Of a DNA stretch of 64,000 bases, positions 34,269 to 47,685 are shown in pieces. The DNA is taken from NCBI GenBank assembly GCA_964036045.1, contig OZ038378.1:187674001-187738000 (forward strand), written 5' to 3'. Origin of the DNA: Eutreptiella sp. 'Long Island Sound 2002'. Taxonomy: Eukaryota; Protista; Euglenida. The notes under the pieces are model-generated. The model ran no database searches, was not told the DNA's origin, and saw only the letters and a list, made by a program, of their open reading frames with translations. Both the position numbers and the translations under genes were made by a program. How positions within the stretch are numbered: the stretch's first letter is position 1; each line of letters begins with the position of its first letter.

Positions 34269-35029
34269 CCCCCCCCCCCTTGCGCTAACACGCGCTTGTC
34301 CAAACACGGAGACCCTGTGTTTCCGCACTTTTGGTCCTTTTTTTGAACCGTCGTTTTTGCGGTTCTGATCCAATAGAGAACGTGGTTTATAGCTTTGTGC
34401 AGGATGCAGGAAGGGTCAATATGGGTGACAGAGTGTTGCTACAGCTATAATTCCATGTGCTCTTGTACTCTGGGGTGTATGCCGGTCTGTTGGACACTCT
34501 TTCATAGTCATGAACGATTCTCTTTTCGCTGCTGGACAGCCTGTCACATACCAGCGGTACACAAACAATGAGTTTGTGCCTGCTCGAGGTCTGGGGCATG
34601 TCTTTGAGGGCAAGCTGTACTTTACAAAGTACATCGTGGATGACAGTTTTGTTCCCAAGGGTACGAAACTCAAGGCTGTGCCTGAGCCAGCCGCGAAGCC
34701 TGCTCCCAAGGCAGCCCCGAAGCCAGCCCCAAAAGGCAAGCATGTCCAGCTCTTCAAGATGAAGCGGAAGGTTGGCAAGGGGTTCTATTCAGTGCCTGTC
34801 AATCAGAATGAAAGTGACTGAGTGACACCTGAGTTGTGTGGCTAAAGAAAAATGACTTGTGCTATCATGTTGGGAGGGTTAAGGTTGGGCTATGCCTGCA
34901 ACTTGTGTTCCGCAGTACGTGCCGCGCGCTAACACAGGCTTGTCCAAACTCGGGGACCCCGTGTTTCCGCACTTTTGGTCCTGGAACCAGAACCTGGCCC
35001 GTGTTTGCGCAAAGGGGGGGGGGGGGGGG
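34269..35029. mobile_element. 761-bp TA-flanked poly-C/poly-G TIR element carrying a cargo ORF
   Basis: TA|C11-TTGCGCTAACACG ... CGTGTTTGCGCAAA-G16|TA; 56-bp subterminal direct repeat at 34282-34337 and 34926-34981; the reconstructed empty site is CTTAAG. Confidence 0.8.
34510..34821 (+). CDS. Small SH3/Tudor-like ORF family, copy 2 (103 aa, P/A/K-rich tail), inside the TIR element
   Basis: MNDSLFAAGQPVTYQRYTNNEFVPARGLGHVFEGKLYFTKY aligns with copies 1 and 3; open frame to the stop; CTCTTTCATAG just upstream. Confidence 0.55.
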   Translation: MNDSLFAAGQPVTYQRYTNNEFVPARGLGHVFEGKLYFTKYIVDDSFVPKGTKLKAVPEPAAKPAPKAAPKPAPKGKHVQLFKMKRKVGKGFYSVPVNQNESD

Positions 35030-37650
35030 TAAGTCTGGCATGAGGTCAAGATCATGCTGCTTAATTCAAAGCCTGACATCATGGCCCCCCACCCCCCCCT
35101 TTTCCCCGAAGCCGTATACATGACGAAGTCGCCGAGGTGCAGGCATTGGTGTTTGGTGATGTGGCGCTCAGCACATATCAACAGGATCTCTGTCGATATG
35201 CTCTTCCTAGGTAGAGTGCAAGGGAGCAGCGCGCATGGTTGTGACCTCATGGCATTGTTGTTGTTGTCAGACCTTCAAGTAGGGTTCTCAGGGGTTTGGC
35301 CTGGGAGGGGGGGGGGGGGGGTTTGCACCCGGAAATGAAAATTGGGAACAGTGGTCGCAGTTGTAAGTGGACTGAGGCCAAACAGCACAATGGAGTGCTA
35401 CGGAGAGCCCGGCGACCCAACATGAGACAGCACCGCCGCTACAGCAATGGAGGTCCACGAGAAGAAACATGGCCACTCCCTTGGAATAGGCGTCCAGTAG
35501 AGATCATGCACGCTGGGAAGCCTACGGGCGTGGCAGTCTTCCACTGCATACCCTGGTTTCAGACTCAGCTAGGCCTCACTACGTTTCAGATCGGCTACCA
35601 CACCATCGAGGGATCATCGTAGCACTGGACATCTCTGAACCTTGATTCCGAGAGGTGATCTCGAGTACTGTGAAGTGAGCAGGCTACGCCAGCTCATCTT
35701 AGTCTGAATCAAAAAAAAAAAGAATAGGCGCCCAGTAGAGATTGTGCTGCCTGGCCATAAGCTGTAAGGAGATCCAACATGCTATGGCTGTTAGAAAGGT
35801 GCTACCAGCGAAGTCTGGCGGGCGCGGGGGGGGGGGGGGCATCGGGAAGGACATGGAGTGCACTAGACCAGGAGATGTGTACATCGAGCCCATCTGCGCT
35901 TGACAGATGCAGTGCTGCAGGAGGCACGTGCACCCGATCAGTCCATATTTGAAATTTATTTACGGCTAGCCACTACGTCATGCCCTTGACCATGGGCTTC
36001 AGCCGCCAGTGCTCGAAAACTGTGGACACATACCAGAGCTGTGGGGACACGACCACGGTACAACCGCCACATGAGTAGCATGCCGTGCGGCAGATGTGAT
36101 TGTGGAATTCCGGCTTTGAGGAGCGGTGACAGTGTGGGCCACATGCATTCAGCATGCATACTTCTACAAATGCTGAAGGAGCCAGACGGCCAGTCTTGGC
36201 GCCCCACTCGGCGGCCCACAAGGAGCCACGGTGGAGCAAGGCACCTGTAGGGCCTAGCCCTGGTTGGCAGAGAATGGCCTCGGTCTTCTGCCTGCCACTA
36301 ACCAGTCTCTCCAGCCAGCCCCGGTAAGATGGCTCATGGCTCGTTCAGTGGAAGGGCAAGTGGTAGTAGTCACCGATGGCTCGGCAGAGAGTGACGCTCA
36401 TGGGCGGCAATGATAGTGGATGCCGCTGGCCGTCACATAGTCCTGGTCTCCAACCAAGGGTCGCAGCAGAGCCACAGACAAGACATAAAGCAAGATGCCG
36501 CGAGCAAGCACAATTGATGCCAAGGTGTAGACCCTTCAACCACACAACTAGCCCGAGCCCTGCATGTCAAAAAGTCCCAAGAGACAGTGGCTGCATGGAT
36601 GAGGTTACAAATGGTGGGGGCTATTTCCATGCTTACCACAAATTGATGTGTCTTTAGAGAATTTGGGGTACGCCATTATAGTAACAGGACCCTAGCAGCC
36701 ACAGACTGTCAGTGAAGGCACAAGCACCTACTCACACAGGGAGACTGGGGGTAGGGCTCATTGGGAACACAAATCTTCCTGTGCTTCCTGCACACCCAGT
36801 AAATACTTGTTGGAACACTCATGTTGAAAACAAAGAACCCATAAGCTACCCAAAGGATTCGACTAACCACAACTCATGCCCATGGGGGTGGTCAAAGCTG
36901 TGCACGTTTAATGCGCACAGTGGCTCCGCACATTGAGAGTCAAAGTCAGCTGGGGCTTTATGGTGCTGGGGTGCAGAGGGGGTCTCCAAAGGTCTCCTTT
37001 CCCCTCCCCCCTCCTCCCAGCATTTTCACCGCCGACAAGGGTCCTGTCCTTGTGCCAAACGCAGTTGGGCCTGAGAGGATGGTTATTTATCTTTTTTATT
37101 TCTTTATTGGCGATATGTACACAGAGTTGACTGGGCCAATGCACGAGGTGACTAACGAAAGCAAGACACCGGCGACAAAGGAATCCAGATGAATGGCTGG
37201 GTTCCACCAACCCGGACTTGGAACACCAGTCGCAAACAGGCCACACTTGGAACACCAGTCGCAAACAGGCCACACATGGACAAATACTATGGTGGGAAAG
37301 GACACCCCCCCCCTCCCCCAGCAGCAAAGTGTGGATCGTGTCTCTGGACCCGTCCCCCCTTGCACCCTCTCTCTCCTGACCCCGACCACCGAGGTGCCAT
37401 GGAGAAGCCTCCTTCCTAACCTAGCCCTGTGACCTTGTTCTGCACCTGCCTGTGCCTCATTGGGATCGGCTGTGCTTACCGGGGCATGTAACAGGTGTAT
37501 CATCTTGAGGGCTCTGCTTTGCCACTGCATTTCATTCTTCTAGAGGCGATTTTCTATTTCATTGTTGTCCCTGCTGTGGCCCATATGCTACAGCGAGGGA
37601 CGCATTGATACACTACTTTATAATCAAGTCAGCAGGAACCCATTGCCGCC

Positions 37651-37803
37651 ATGGATCTTTCCCAAGTTAGAGACTTGAGCACATACAAGCCACAACTACA
37701 TGTTCCCAAGCTTGGGCTGCAAAATGAGCTCAGAGACCTAAGACATCTCGATGGCGCACACTTGAAAAGCCGTTTGGGCGTATTGCAGTCGCTGGCTTGC
37801 AAG
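37651..37803 (+). CDS. IQ/EF-hand gene exon 1
   Basis: GCCGCCATGG start context; MDLSQVRDL...QSLACK; donor GTGTCT. Confidence 0.65.
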
Positions 37804-40800
37804 GTGTCTGGTTCTACTGTGCTCCGTGCCGTATAGTGCGTCTATGTATTGTTCTTTGCGCCGAGTGTTGCACAGCTTCCATGCGCTGTGCCGTGTGCTG
37901 CCTGCCGCTGCATGCTGTTGTTGCATCCGCCTATGCAAAGCACGCTGTGAGATGCACGATGTGCGATATGTGCCGTATGCTGTGTGCTGTGGAGTTGACG
38001 ACTTTCCAGTCCCTGGGTTTTCCAGGGCGGAACCAGTCTGTTATTTCAGGTGCCGGGTGACCTGAGGGGAGCGGGGGGGGGGGGTCTCCAGTTCAGGCAT
38101 CATTTGCTATGACAGCTGAGCATTGCGACCTCGTTTTGGACAGAGCAGAGCAGCGGAGGGACGGAGGGGGGAGGGGGGAAAGGGATGCATTTGAGGGAGA
38201 TGGGGTCCAGAGCAGGGTGTCAGGAGCAGTTGGGAAGGCGACCTGAAAGGGGTCTAACATATCAGAGCGGTTACTGTCGATTACAGATGCTGTGGGGATG
38301 GGCAGTTGGGGCGGTTGGGTTGCAGACTCAGCTCACGGAAACGGGGAATGCACCCGGCCCCTTCTGATGCATCCTTGGGGGGTGGATCCAGGGGGCAAGA
38401 GCACCCCCCGTACGCGGGCTGCAAGGGCACCCCAGCAGCCCGATAATACGGCAGCACCATCACAGCACCCCCCCCCCCCCCCCCGCTCCCACCTGTTGTA
38501 GTGGCAAGCGCTCTGCTTTCCCCACAGGCTCTCGTCATGGAGACAGTGCAACACCAACAGTGTCTGACACAACGCAACAGGGGGACGCCGCATGGGCAAA
38601 CGGGGACGGTTGGGACCAATTTCAATTCTTTTCTCTTCATGAAACAGAGCCTGGGAGGTTGGGGGAGGGGGGGGGGTGGCACAAGGCCTTGGTGGTTGGC
38701 TCTGTTAGCTTTGTTGGGGGGGGAGGGGGGTCGGAAGGTCTGGGTTCAGAATTTTGCTTGCTCGTCTCCAATGGTCTTCTGCTGTCATTTTCCCCTTCAG
38801 CTCCTAAGGGCAAAGGGGAGGGAGGATGGATGTGCATCAAGGCCGCCATGTACCAAGACAGAGACGCAAAAAGGGACTGTTTGGTTGTGTTTGCAGTGGT
38901 GGGAGGGGCGGCAGAGACGTGGACCACAAGACGAATGGACCATTTGGCTTGCAGCGTTGGAGCTCAAGTATGACGCCTCCCCAGGGGCAAAAGCAGCACC
39001 TGAACGTGGCAACCAGAACCACGTGGGGTTTCAGCCACACAGGTGGCAAAAGAGCCATGACGAGCCCACCGCAAATGGGAGGTACAAACAGGAGCACAAA
39101 CCCAAACTCCGGAGAACGGATGGCAAGAAGAAGTCACATCGGGCTTGGAGGGACACAAGGCACAAGCGTTGCCCTGATGCAGTGGCGATGGACCAAAAAA
39201 GCGAGTAGTTAGGGATGTGGAGGCGCAGCCAACAAGGGTACAGGAAGGGCAGAGGGGGGTGGGTGAGTAGGAGGGACTGTGGGCATGGTGCAGGAAGTGC
39301 ATGAGCAATGAGTACCAGCAGGGGGCACCGTGGCATAGATGATATGAGGCAGAGACGCAATGTTGTGCAGTGGGGGGGCAGCAGGGAGGAGGGGGAGGAG
39401 ATTGTGGCAGTGGTGGTGTTGTTGGTTGAGAGAAAAGTGAGGCTGGGGAGGAGGAGGTGGTGGGGGGGAGAATGAAAAAGTTCCACACATTGTATTGCAT
39501 CTCGCACTTCCGTTCTTCCATGCTATGCATGCCGCCCTTGGGCTTGGGCTGTTCTGCCACCAAAGCGTACGTAGAAGGACAGAACTCGAGCTACAAAGTA
39601 ACCATGGCACTACAATAGGCACAGACACCGATAGGCTGGAGGGCGAGCAACCCGCAGATGTCGTGGTAGGAAGTGCGAACGTGTTGCGGCCTTCACTGCA
39701 TCCGGGTCGCCCAGGATCCGCACAGACCTCCAGCGCCGAGCCCAATGCAGGGCAGCCTGCGACACCCTGACAGGCCAGCCTCTCGGTCAACGGGGCAGAG
39801 AGCACTTCATGTACCGTGAATATGGTGTTGGATGCCATTCCATCCTCCACATAGCAAAGCCCCTCACACTATTTTCCGGGCTGACTATGCTGCTAGTTTT
39901 GAAAATGGAGGTCCATTTTTTGGAAGGTGCCCGCCCCCTGTGGAATCATCTGCCCTTTCTTTCGCCACAGGATTACAAGACCCGCGCACTGGCAGCCGCG
40001 CTCCTCATTGCGTTCTCTCGAAGCCTGTTAAAGATTGAGGACACGATCAAGTTCAATGAGATGTACCGGGCATTCAAGTATGGCGTTCTGACTTGGAGAT
40101 CAAGTGCTTCGAGGAAGACATCAGTAGCCTCAGAAAGTGATGGTTTGAAACTTGGGCATGGGGCTACTTCAGGCCAAATCTCGGGACTACGGTGCTCAAA
40201 TGGAAAGATTGGAAGGAAGAGCCCCCCCCATTCCGACCACAAGTTCCTCAGGGGAATCCGTCTAATCTCGTGAGGGCAAACTTTTTTCGGGCCATTGTTG
40301 GTACAGACCCCCCCCCCCCCAACCCCAACCCCCACTCCCCTGCTCAGGACCCCTCCACCCTTCGCTGCAACCCCCGGTGCAACCGTCCTCGGTACAGCCT
40401 CATTTCGGCCAATCAGACGAACCCACACACACAGTGAAGTGTCACTCCAGGTGAGTATGTGCCGCACACGTGTCCACGGCGAATCGGCCAAAAGATGTCG
40501 TGCAACACCCAAATTACTTTTCGATGCATGGACCACAATCTGCAATCTGATTGCGGAGTGCCATGCTCATCTGCTTCCCCAATCGAGTCGCGTGGATATA
40601 CATGGAAGTTGATTGTGGATTGGTGGGTTGTTGTTTGTGCGACCTGCATGCCCATTCTTCTCTTCATATCTCTTGTCATTCTTTGGCTCTGTTCGTAAAA
40701 GTGTCTACACTGCATAGTCCACAGCGGTCCGCCTTCACCACACCGGACAGATGCCATACTTCATCTTCAGCATCAACTACTCCACACGTTAAATCTATCA

Positions 40801-43800
40801 AAAAAATTTTATTCTCCGCCCCTAAATAAGAGGGGGGGGGGGGTATCCAAGACATCACCTAGTGACTAAATGCACCGCGCAACGTGCAGTACACAGACGT
40901 ACCAGTGCCCTATGACCATAGGAGATGCCTTTCCACACAGTGGAAAGTTTTTGTACTGGTGGAAATACCGGTCCCTATTTTCAAGATTTTCAACCCCCAA
41001 CCCTATCGCTTTTAGCACCATACAAATACAAAGATTTTGCCATTCCAAAGGTGTTGCCATTACAATGGCAGAACCATCAGACATTGGACAAACACAGAAA
41101 AAATAACACAGAAGAAATTGAGTTTGGTTCATCTAGCGGCAACATTGAAAAATAAACTGGGAATTCAATTAAAGAGGTGTTGTTGAGTCCGGTTAGGGGC
41201 GCCTAATGCCCAGTTGCGCCAAAGTTGTGTTATGTCACACGGATGTTTCCGGCACTCTTTGCTTTCTTTCTGATACTCTTGTCGCGCCGTGCTATCAAGT
41301 GGCATAATACTTCATTGCAGTTCATGAGTTCTATTTCGATATGATAACAACAATATCGGCCACCTGTGATGGTTTGTCACGCAAAACCGCATATTCTCAA
41401 AAACAACCACGAAAACAGAATTAAGTTTTCCATTTTGGGGAGCAAACCCAATTGCTAACAATCAACTGTTTTGAAGTTCGCGAAAATTCATATCTTAAAA
41501 ATATTTGTATTTGAGGGGGTGCACTTAGCACAGTGCGTGCAGTGCAACATTTTGGGCGTCCGGCCGTACTGCAAACCCATACTTTGTGATGCTATGGGCA
41601 TCATTGTTGTTTGACAGCAGGTTTTGATGCTTCTTCCGCATTGGGGATATGGCATTTTTGGATTTTCACCCAGTTTCACCCATGTCTACCACATCCACTC
41701 CTTTCTAGGTTGATTTCTCCCCACCATGGGGACCCGAGAAGGTAGGGGTGATGTAGCCATATTCATCTCCCCCCACCAATGGGAACCCTAGAAGGCAAGG
41801 GTGATGTAGCCCTATTGCACATATGTTGCGAAACGGGCACCTTGAGCTCGGTGTATGGTGATACACTTTTAGGGTGCCTATTGCTGGACATCATACTTCT
41901 CTCCTCGTTTCTTAGACTCATTTTCTCCATGGATCTCACTATTGGGGATAGGGTGTTCTACACTGGCTCCAACGGCATGAGAGTTCCTACCATGGTGGTT
42001 GGGACGGCTGAAGATGGACTCATCCACTTGGAATACCACCAAGATGCGGTGAGGGTGGTGACTCAGCTATGCAAGATGGGGGGAACCTAGTCCGACAGCA
42101 GCACGCATTGTAAGGATGTCCCTTGAGAGGTATCACGTCCTGCTGAACAGCCAAGCGGTCATCAAACCCAAGCAGCGACGGCAACAGCAACGCTAAATGT
42201 GCACTAGACAAGCGGTGTGTTGATTGGTTTGGATTCAAGATCAAGAGAGGGTGCTGAATTAAGCCTTTTACATTTGCTGCTCCTGGGAGGTCATAATTTT
42301 CATGGGTGTATGGTATGGGTTTTCGTAACAAATGTGCATGTAGTGCAAACGCAAATGTAGTGTGCGTGCAGTGCAAAGTCATTCCATAGCACGAAGGATT
42401 GCTTCATCACCCCACGCCGCTATGGTAGTGGCGTTGACTGAGGGCCCTCCTCTGTCTACTGCTTGGATCTTTGTGAATGTTGTTGCATTGCCGTCAATGC
42501 ACCGCTACAATTTGTGTAGGTGCAGCATTACCACCTAAGCCTTGTGAATTGCTAATGGCAAGTTGGGACACTCCATCCTTACAATTGTGTCAGAATTTTT
42601 GTGGGATACAAAGCCGATCTTGCCGTATGCTAGCCGCAAAAACCCGATAGCAACACAGCACGACAGATGGTGTTGCGGATGTGGAGGATGTTGTAGTAGG
42701 AGACCAAAGACCACACTACCTAGGGAAAGGGAAGTAACCAGAGTGTGAAATACTACCAGTGATGATTTCTTTGTGGAGCCATAGGCATTGCCAGTCATGG
42801 TGCCTCCACCCCTTGAGTATTGCCACCGCCACACTTCTAAGTAGCCACGGGCCCATGGAGACCGTGGTGTGCGGAAGACAAGAAGTGCTACCATGTATAA
42901 GTAGATATGTAAGGAGCACGGCAGGGTGTAGCGGGATGTAGTGCGCTGCATGTGTAGTGGTAGGGAGGAGAGTGCGACATTGTTGACATCATTGTTTTGC
43001 CAAAGAGTGACTGGGGGTTGCATGGACGCCAACACTTTTGCAACGGCCGGTGTACCACAAACTTGCCATCATCACAAAACCTAGATGCACACCAGCTACC
43101 AAACGGGTCAAACCAACGCACAGATACCAACAAGCACAGTTGCAGCTACAGTGCAGAGGGTAACTACACAAGCGACCGGTGATGACAGAATGGCAAGCGA
43201 CACTACATGGTCAGTAGAGGCCTGACCATGCACAGCCATGGAAGGGCTAGGACAGAAACGATCTCACCTGTAGAGGTTTTGACCAAGGCAAGGGCAGAGG
43301 GGTAGGGATTTGGATATACTAGAATCCTTTGAGCCACCAGCCCAGACATGGCCACAGCCACTACTGCCCCCCCCCCCCCCCCTTCACACACACTCTTGTA
43401 CTCTGTGATTGGGTGACAGGTTGTTTGGGAGAGATGTATGTCGGGAGAACTAGTGGCAACATTGTGATGCATTTCTAGCACATTTCACCAAAACCCACCA
43501 TCTTTGCACAACATTGGCCCCCGAACGGGGCTTCATCACTGTAGGCGAAAGACTTTCAGTCGCGGCAACCACATCATCTTGAAGGGAGGGCTACTACTAA
43601 ATTCCCTAGTGGCCGGCCTTCCTTGATGCACTGGCGTCTTGGATTGTGCGCTCCCATGTATGGTGTTTGAACTCACACGTGCACGCAAGGCAATGTGCAT
43701 GCCAAACTGCATTTTCTATGCTATTATTTGCTTACGTGTTTATTTGTGCTTTTATAGCCAACATCCCCAATCAGCAATGATTTCGTTCTGTCTGCGTTTC

Positions 43801-46800
43801 GCTTTCGATTCTGTCTTTTGTCCAGGTTCCTCTCTCTGTAATTTATTTTTATCTAGCTGGGTCTCCTAGTGGAGGTTTTACAATCCTTCTTAGGATCTAG
43901 GGTGAGCAACACATTTTAGCAACGCAGCCAGCAGCAGCAGCAGTAGCAGCAAGCAGACGCACCAAAAGCCAAATCCAAACTGGCATCGAAGTAGCTCAAA
44001 ACAACTATAGAGCAAATGCGCATCACCTGAAACAAGTTTCGTGCCATTTTGAGCCGTCTAGCTCATTTTATGGCCAATTTAGTATCCAAAAGTGGCCGTT
44101 TTCAACCTGTTTCCAGGACAATCATCCTGAAAGTTCAGGAAGATCGCCAGTCTGTCAAAAAGGCGTCTCCAATGAGGGCCGTTCTTCTTGCATAACAATT
44201 GGGCCATCAAATGATTGCTATGGGGTGTCAAATGAGGTGTCTCCCACATCGTGGTGCCATGCGGTGGTCCTACTTTTGGGTGAAAATCAGCCGTTTTCTA
44301 GCTGTTTTTCAGAACAATCGTCCTGAACATGCAGGAACAACATCAATGTGTCAAGCGAGCGTCTCCAATTAGGGGCTTGGTTTCCGAGCTGGGTTTACCC
44401 TGTCGAGGTTTTGCAACCCTACTTAGGGTCTGAGGGTCAGCAACACATTTTAGCAGCAGCAAGCAGGCAGGCAAACAGTTTTTTTCGCCCATCCGTGGTT
44501 CATAACTGTGATTCAAGTAGCTCAAAACGACCGCAGAGCAAATGTGCATCACCACAAACAAGTTTCGTGCTAATTCGCGCCGTCTAGCCCGTTTTATGGC
44601 CAATTTAGTGTCTAAAAATGGCCGTTTTCAGCCTGTTTTCCGGCAGTTTTCAGGACGATCGTCCTGAACGCTCAGGACGATCACCAGTGTGCCAAAATAG
44701 TGTCTAAAATGCAGCAATGACATCTACCACCCAGCTCGGTCCTAGTTGAAGTCTTGATTCTAGTTGTAAGTCTTGATTGCTTCATTGTGCACGCATGTTC
44801 AAGCAGGTATGCACACACATTGGAAGCCGTTGATGTCTTTGCAGGGCAGCTGTGGTGATTCAGAAGGCGTTCAGACGATTCAAGGATTTCCGCTTTGCCA
44901 CAGTCATGAAACTGGTGCACCACTGGAACCGAATGCAAACCACCTGGTACAGCGCATGGGCACGTTTGACTTTGTCACAGAAGGTGCCCCTGCCTTGCGC
45001 CCCCACCTCCCACCCGATGTGGTGGCTGACGCCCACTATTTCAGGCCCCCCTTGCTGTTGGCGATACGGCACGTGGATACAATGCCATGGGGCTTTGCAT
45101 TGTTTTTGTATTCAGAGACATAAAGAGGTTGAGTTCATGAATTTGCACGAGCAGCCCATTTGGGAGTTCTTCTTCCCGCCACATCTCATCTCAGTCAAGG
45201 CAAAGACGCAGATAACATCACAGATGTTTACACAGAAAGGTTGTATTTTCCAGCCCCCTCCTCCTCCTTCCCTGGTACCCAAGGCAGGTGTCCAAGGGCG
45301 AACTGGAGCCCCTCCCCGCCCACTCCCCCGTGGGTGGGCCTCGACCAGCAGATGAGGCACCGCAACTTGAGTACCAGGACACGCGAACAACCGCAGCCAC
45401 TCAAGGACAAGTTACCAATACACCAACTGCGCATGAACGCTATGGAACGGTACCCTCCCCCCTGGCACTCCCTTCTGCACATGCACACAATGCCCATGCA
45501 AAGGTACGGTATGGTACGCAAGAACGCTGGTCCAGCTTCAATATGATTCGCAGACCAGGCGCTCCTAAACCCACTCTGAGGGAGCACGACGCAGTGGCAC
45601 GGAGGGTATTGAGTGGCCAGCGGGTGCTGGGAGTCCAGTGCAGACCTGGTGGTCCACCAACAGGTGGCAGGCCTCCCCCAAACCACCCCTCGCCGCCACA
45701 AACAAGCACCAACAGAGGCACGGGTCACACCTTGGGCAGCCCACACGAAGCACTGCACTGTCCGTGCGGCCAAGGCGGCTCGTGGCACGATGACCACACG
45801 ACTGACGCACACGCACCACCGCAGCAATAGCCCACGCCCCGAGCCCTCCACAAGGTGGCCTCCAAGCCTGTCCGCCGATGTCCCCAAGCCCTCCAACGGG
45901 AGGCACCAGGACCTCTGGGTGGCGGTACCACGCCCTCCACCCAGTGCATGATGCCCAAGCCCACAGAGACCCATGCCCGCGCTCGACACGCGCAGATGCT
46001 GCACACGCCCGCAATGCGCAGGACCCCTCGGGGGGGGGGGGACTGGACAAACCAATGCATAACGAGTAGCTGCCCGGGGCACTGACCAAGGTGTGGGAGT
46101 TTGTTGGGTCGGACCCAACCCTCCCCCCCTTCCTCTAGAGCCCACCCCCTGCCCAAGTGGCGGGCACCAGCCAGCACTACCCTGCTGTACATAGGATAGT
46201 GGAGCACCCCAACCAAGAAGGGGACACGTATGCAATATGCAATGAACATTCGGACTAAGGGCTGAAATTGTCTATGCCGGGGACGTGCAGTCGATCGATA
46301 CCGACCATTGATCCCCACACGGCGGGGGTTGGGGTCCAGAACTGAAGTGAAACATCCCCCCCCCCAGTGGCAACAGGTGAGACGCAAATCTACAAGAACA
46401 GAAGCAACCGAATGGGCAAAAAGGGCAGGTTCGGTGCCTTGCGTGAGCCACAAGTGCGTTCCTTTAAGTGCTACACATGCATGCAAACAAAACGTCGTGA
46501 AATGGACAATGGATCGCTAAGGACAACACCAAAGAAAATATTACTCAAGTGTGAGTCATACATCGTTCCAAAAAAGCGAAATCTTCACATTTCCAAAGTT
46601 TGTATGGGGCAATTTTGGTGCTGTGGTTTCAAGCTCTAGTTATTATTGTTGTGTTTCAAAGGTTGTTCAAGGACATGCTTATTTGTTGGGGATAGTGCAC
46701 ACAGCACCCACAAATGTGACACGCTACACACACGCGCTTGCACGCACGCACGCACGCCCGCACGCACGCACGCACACATACACAAACACACCACGGCTCA

Positions 46801-47032
46801 CAAGAAAAACCAAAAGGCGAGAGCGGCGGTACCCCCAGCGATGGGACAATTGAAGTAATGAAGTATTGGGATGTTCCTCCTTCGCATTGGCGACACTTGT
46901 CAATATGGAGCAACGAGCCCGTCAGGGCGGCCTCCCTGCAGGGCTGGACAATGAACTCATGGTTTGCAGTAGTGCTAGGTCTGTAGGATTATTGAACCTT
47001 GCAGTTTGAGCATGATTGGAATTGTTGCCTTG

Positions 47033-47102
<70 letters not shown>

Positions 47103-47631
47103 CATCGCATAGGTCATTCCACCGCAGTGTGCGGTCGCAAGCTCGCCCATTGGGGCCCTTACACAGGCGTAGGTGCATGAGCATGTGGGTTGTAGGGCGC
47201 GGTAGGACTGCATGGGTCGTATCCAGTTTTATGGTTGTGTTGAGAGGGAGGAAAGGCCACACGGAGCGGATTATCCAAACATTGCTGCAGTGCGAACAGA
47301 CCTGTACAGAGGTGTTGTATCTTAGCAAACGCTATGAAGTTGTTGGTGACACACACACACACACACACACACCTACACACACCTACACACACGTTGGACA
47401 ATTTTAGAGGACTACAGGGTGCTAGATCTGTGTTTCTTGGTAGGGATAAAACACTGAAGCTTGTGCACTAGTATTTGGTATCTCTGATGGGAGCCGGCAG
47501 CCGCTCACAACTGGCAAGACGTGCAGCACCACTGCTACTAGCATGCGGTCATCCTGATCCTGATCCTTCATTCTCATACTCCCCCTGCTCGTCCTCCTCC
47601 TGGTCCTCCTGGTCCTCCTGGTCACCCTTCC

Positions 47632-47685
<54 letters not shown>

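Noticed and set aside
35990-36250. Possible non-LTR C-terminal zinc finger (PCGRCDC...HMHSAC)
   Set aside because: The spacing is suggestive, but no adjoining RT could be traced.
40078-40142. Extension of exon 2 to donors at 40137 or 40143
   Set aside because: The GTATGG donor at 40078 joins in phase to the IQ exon at 44845, giving a better model.
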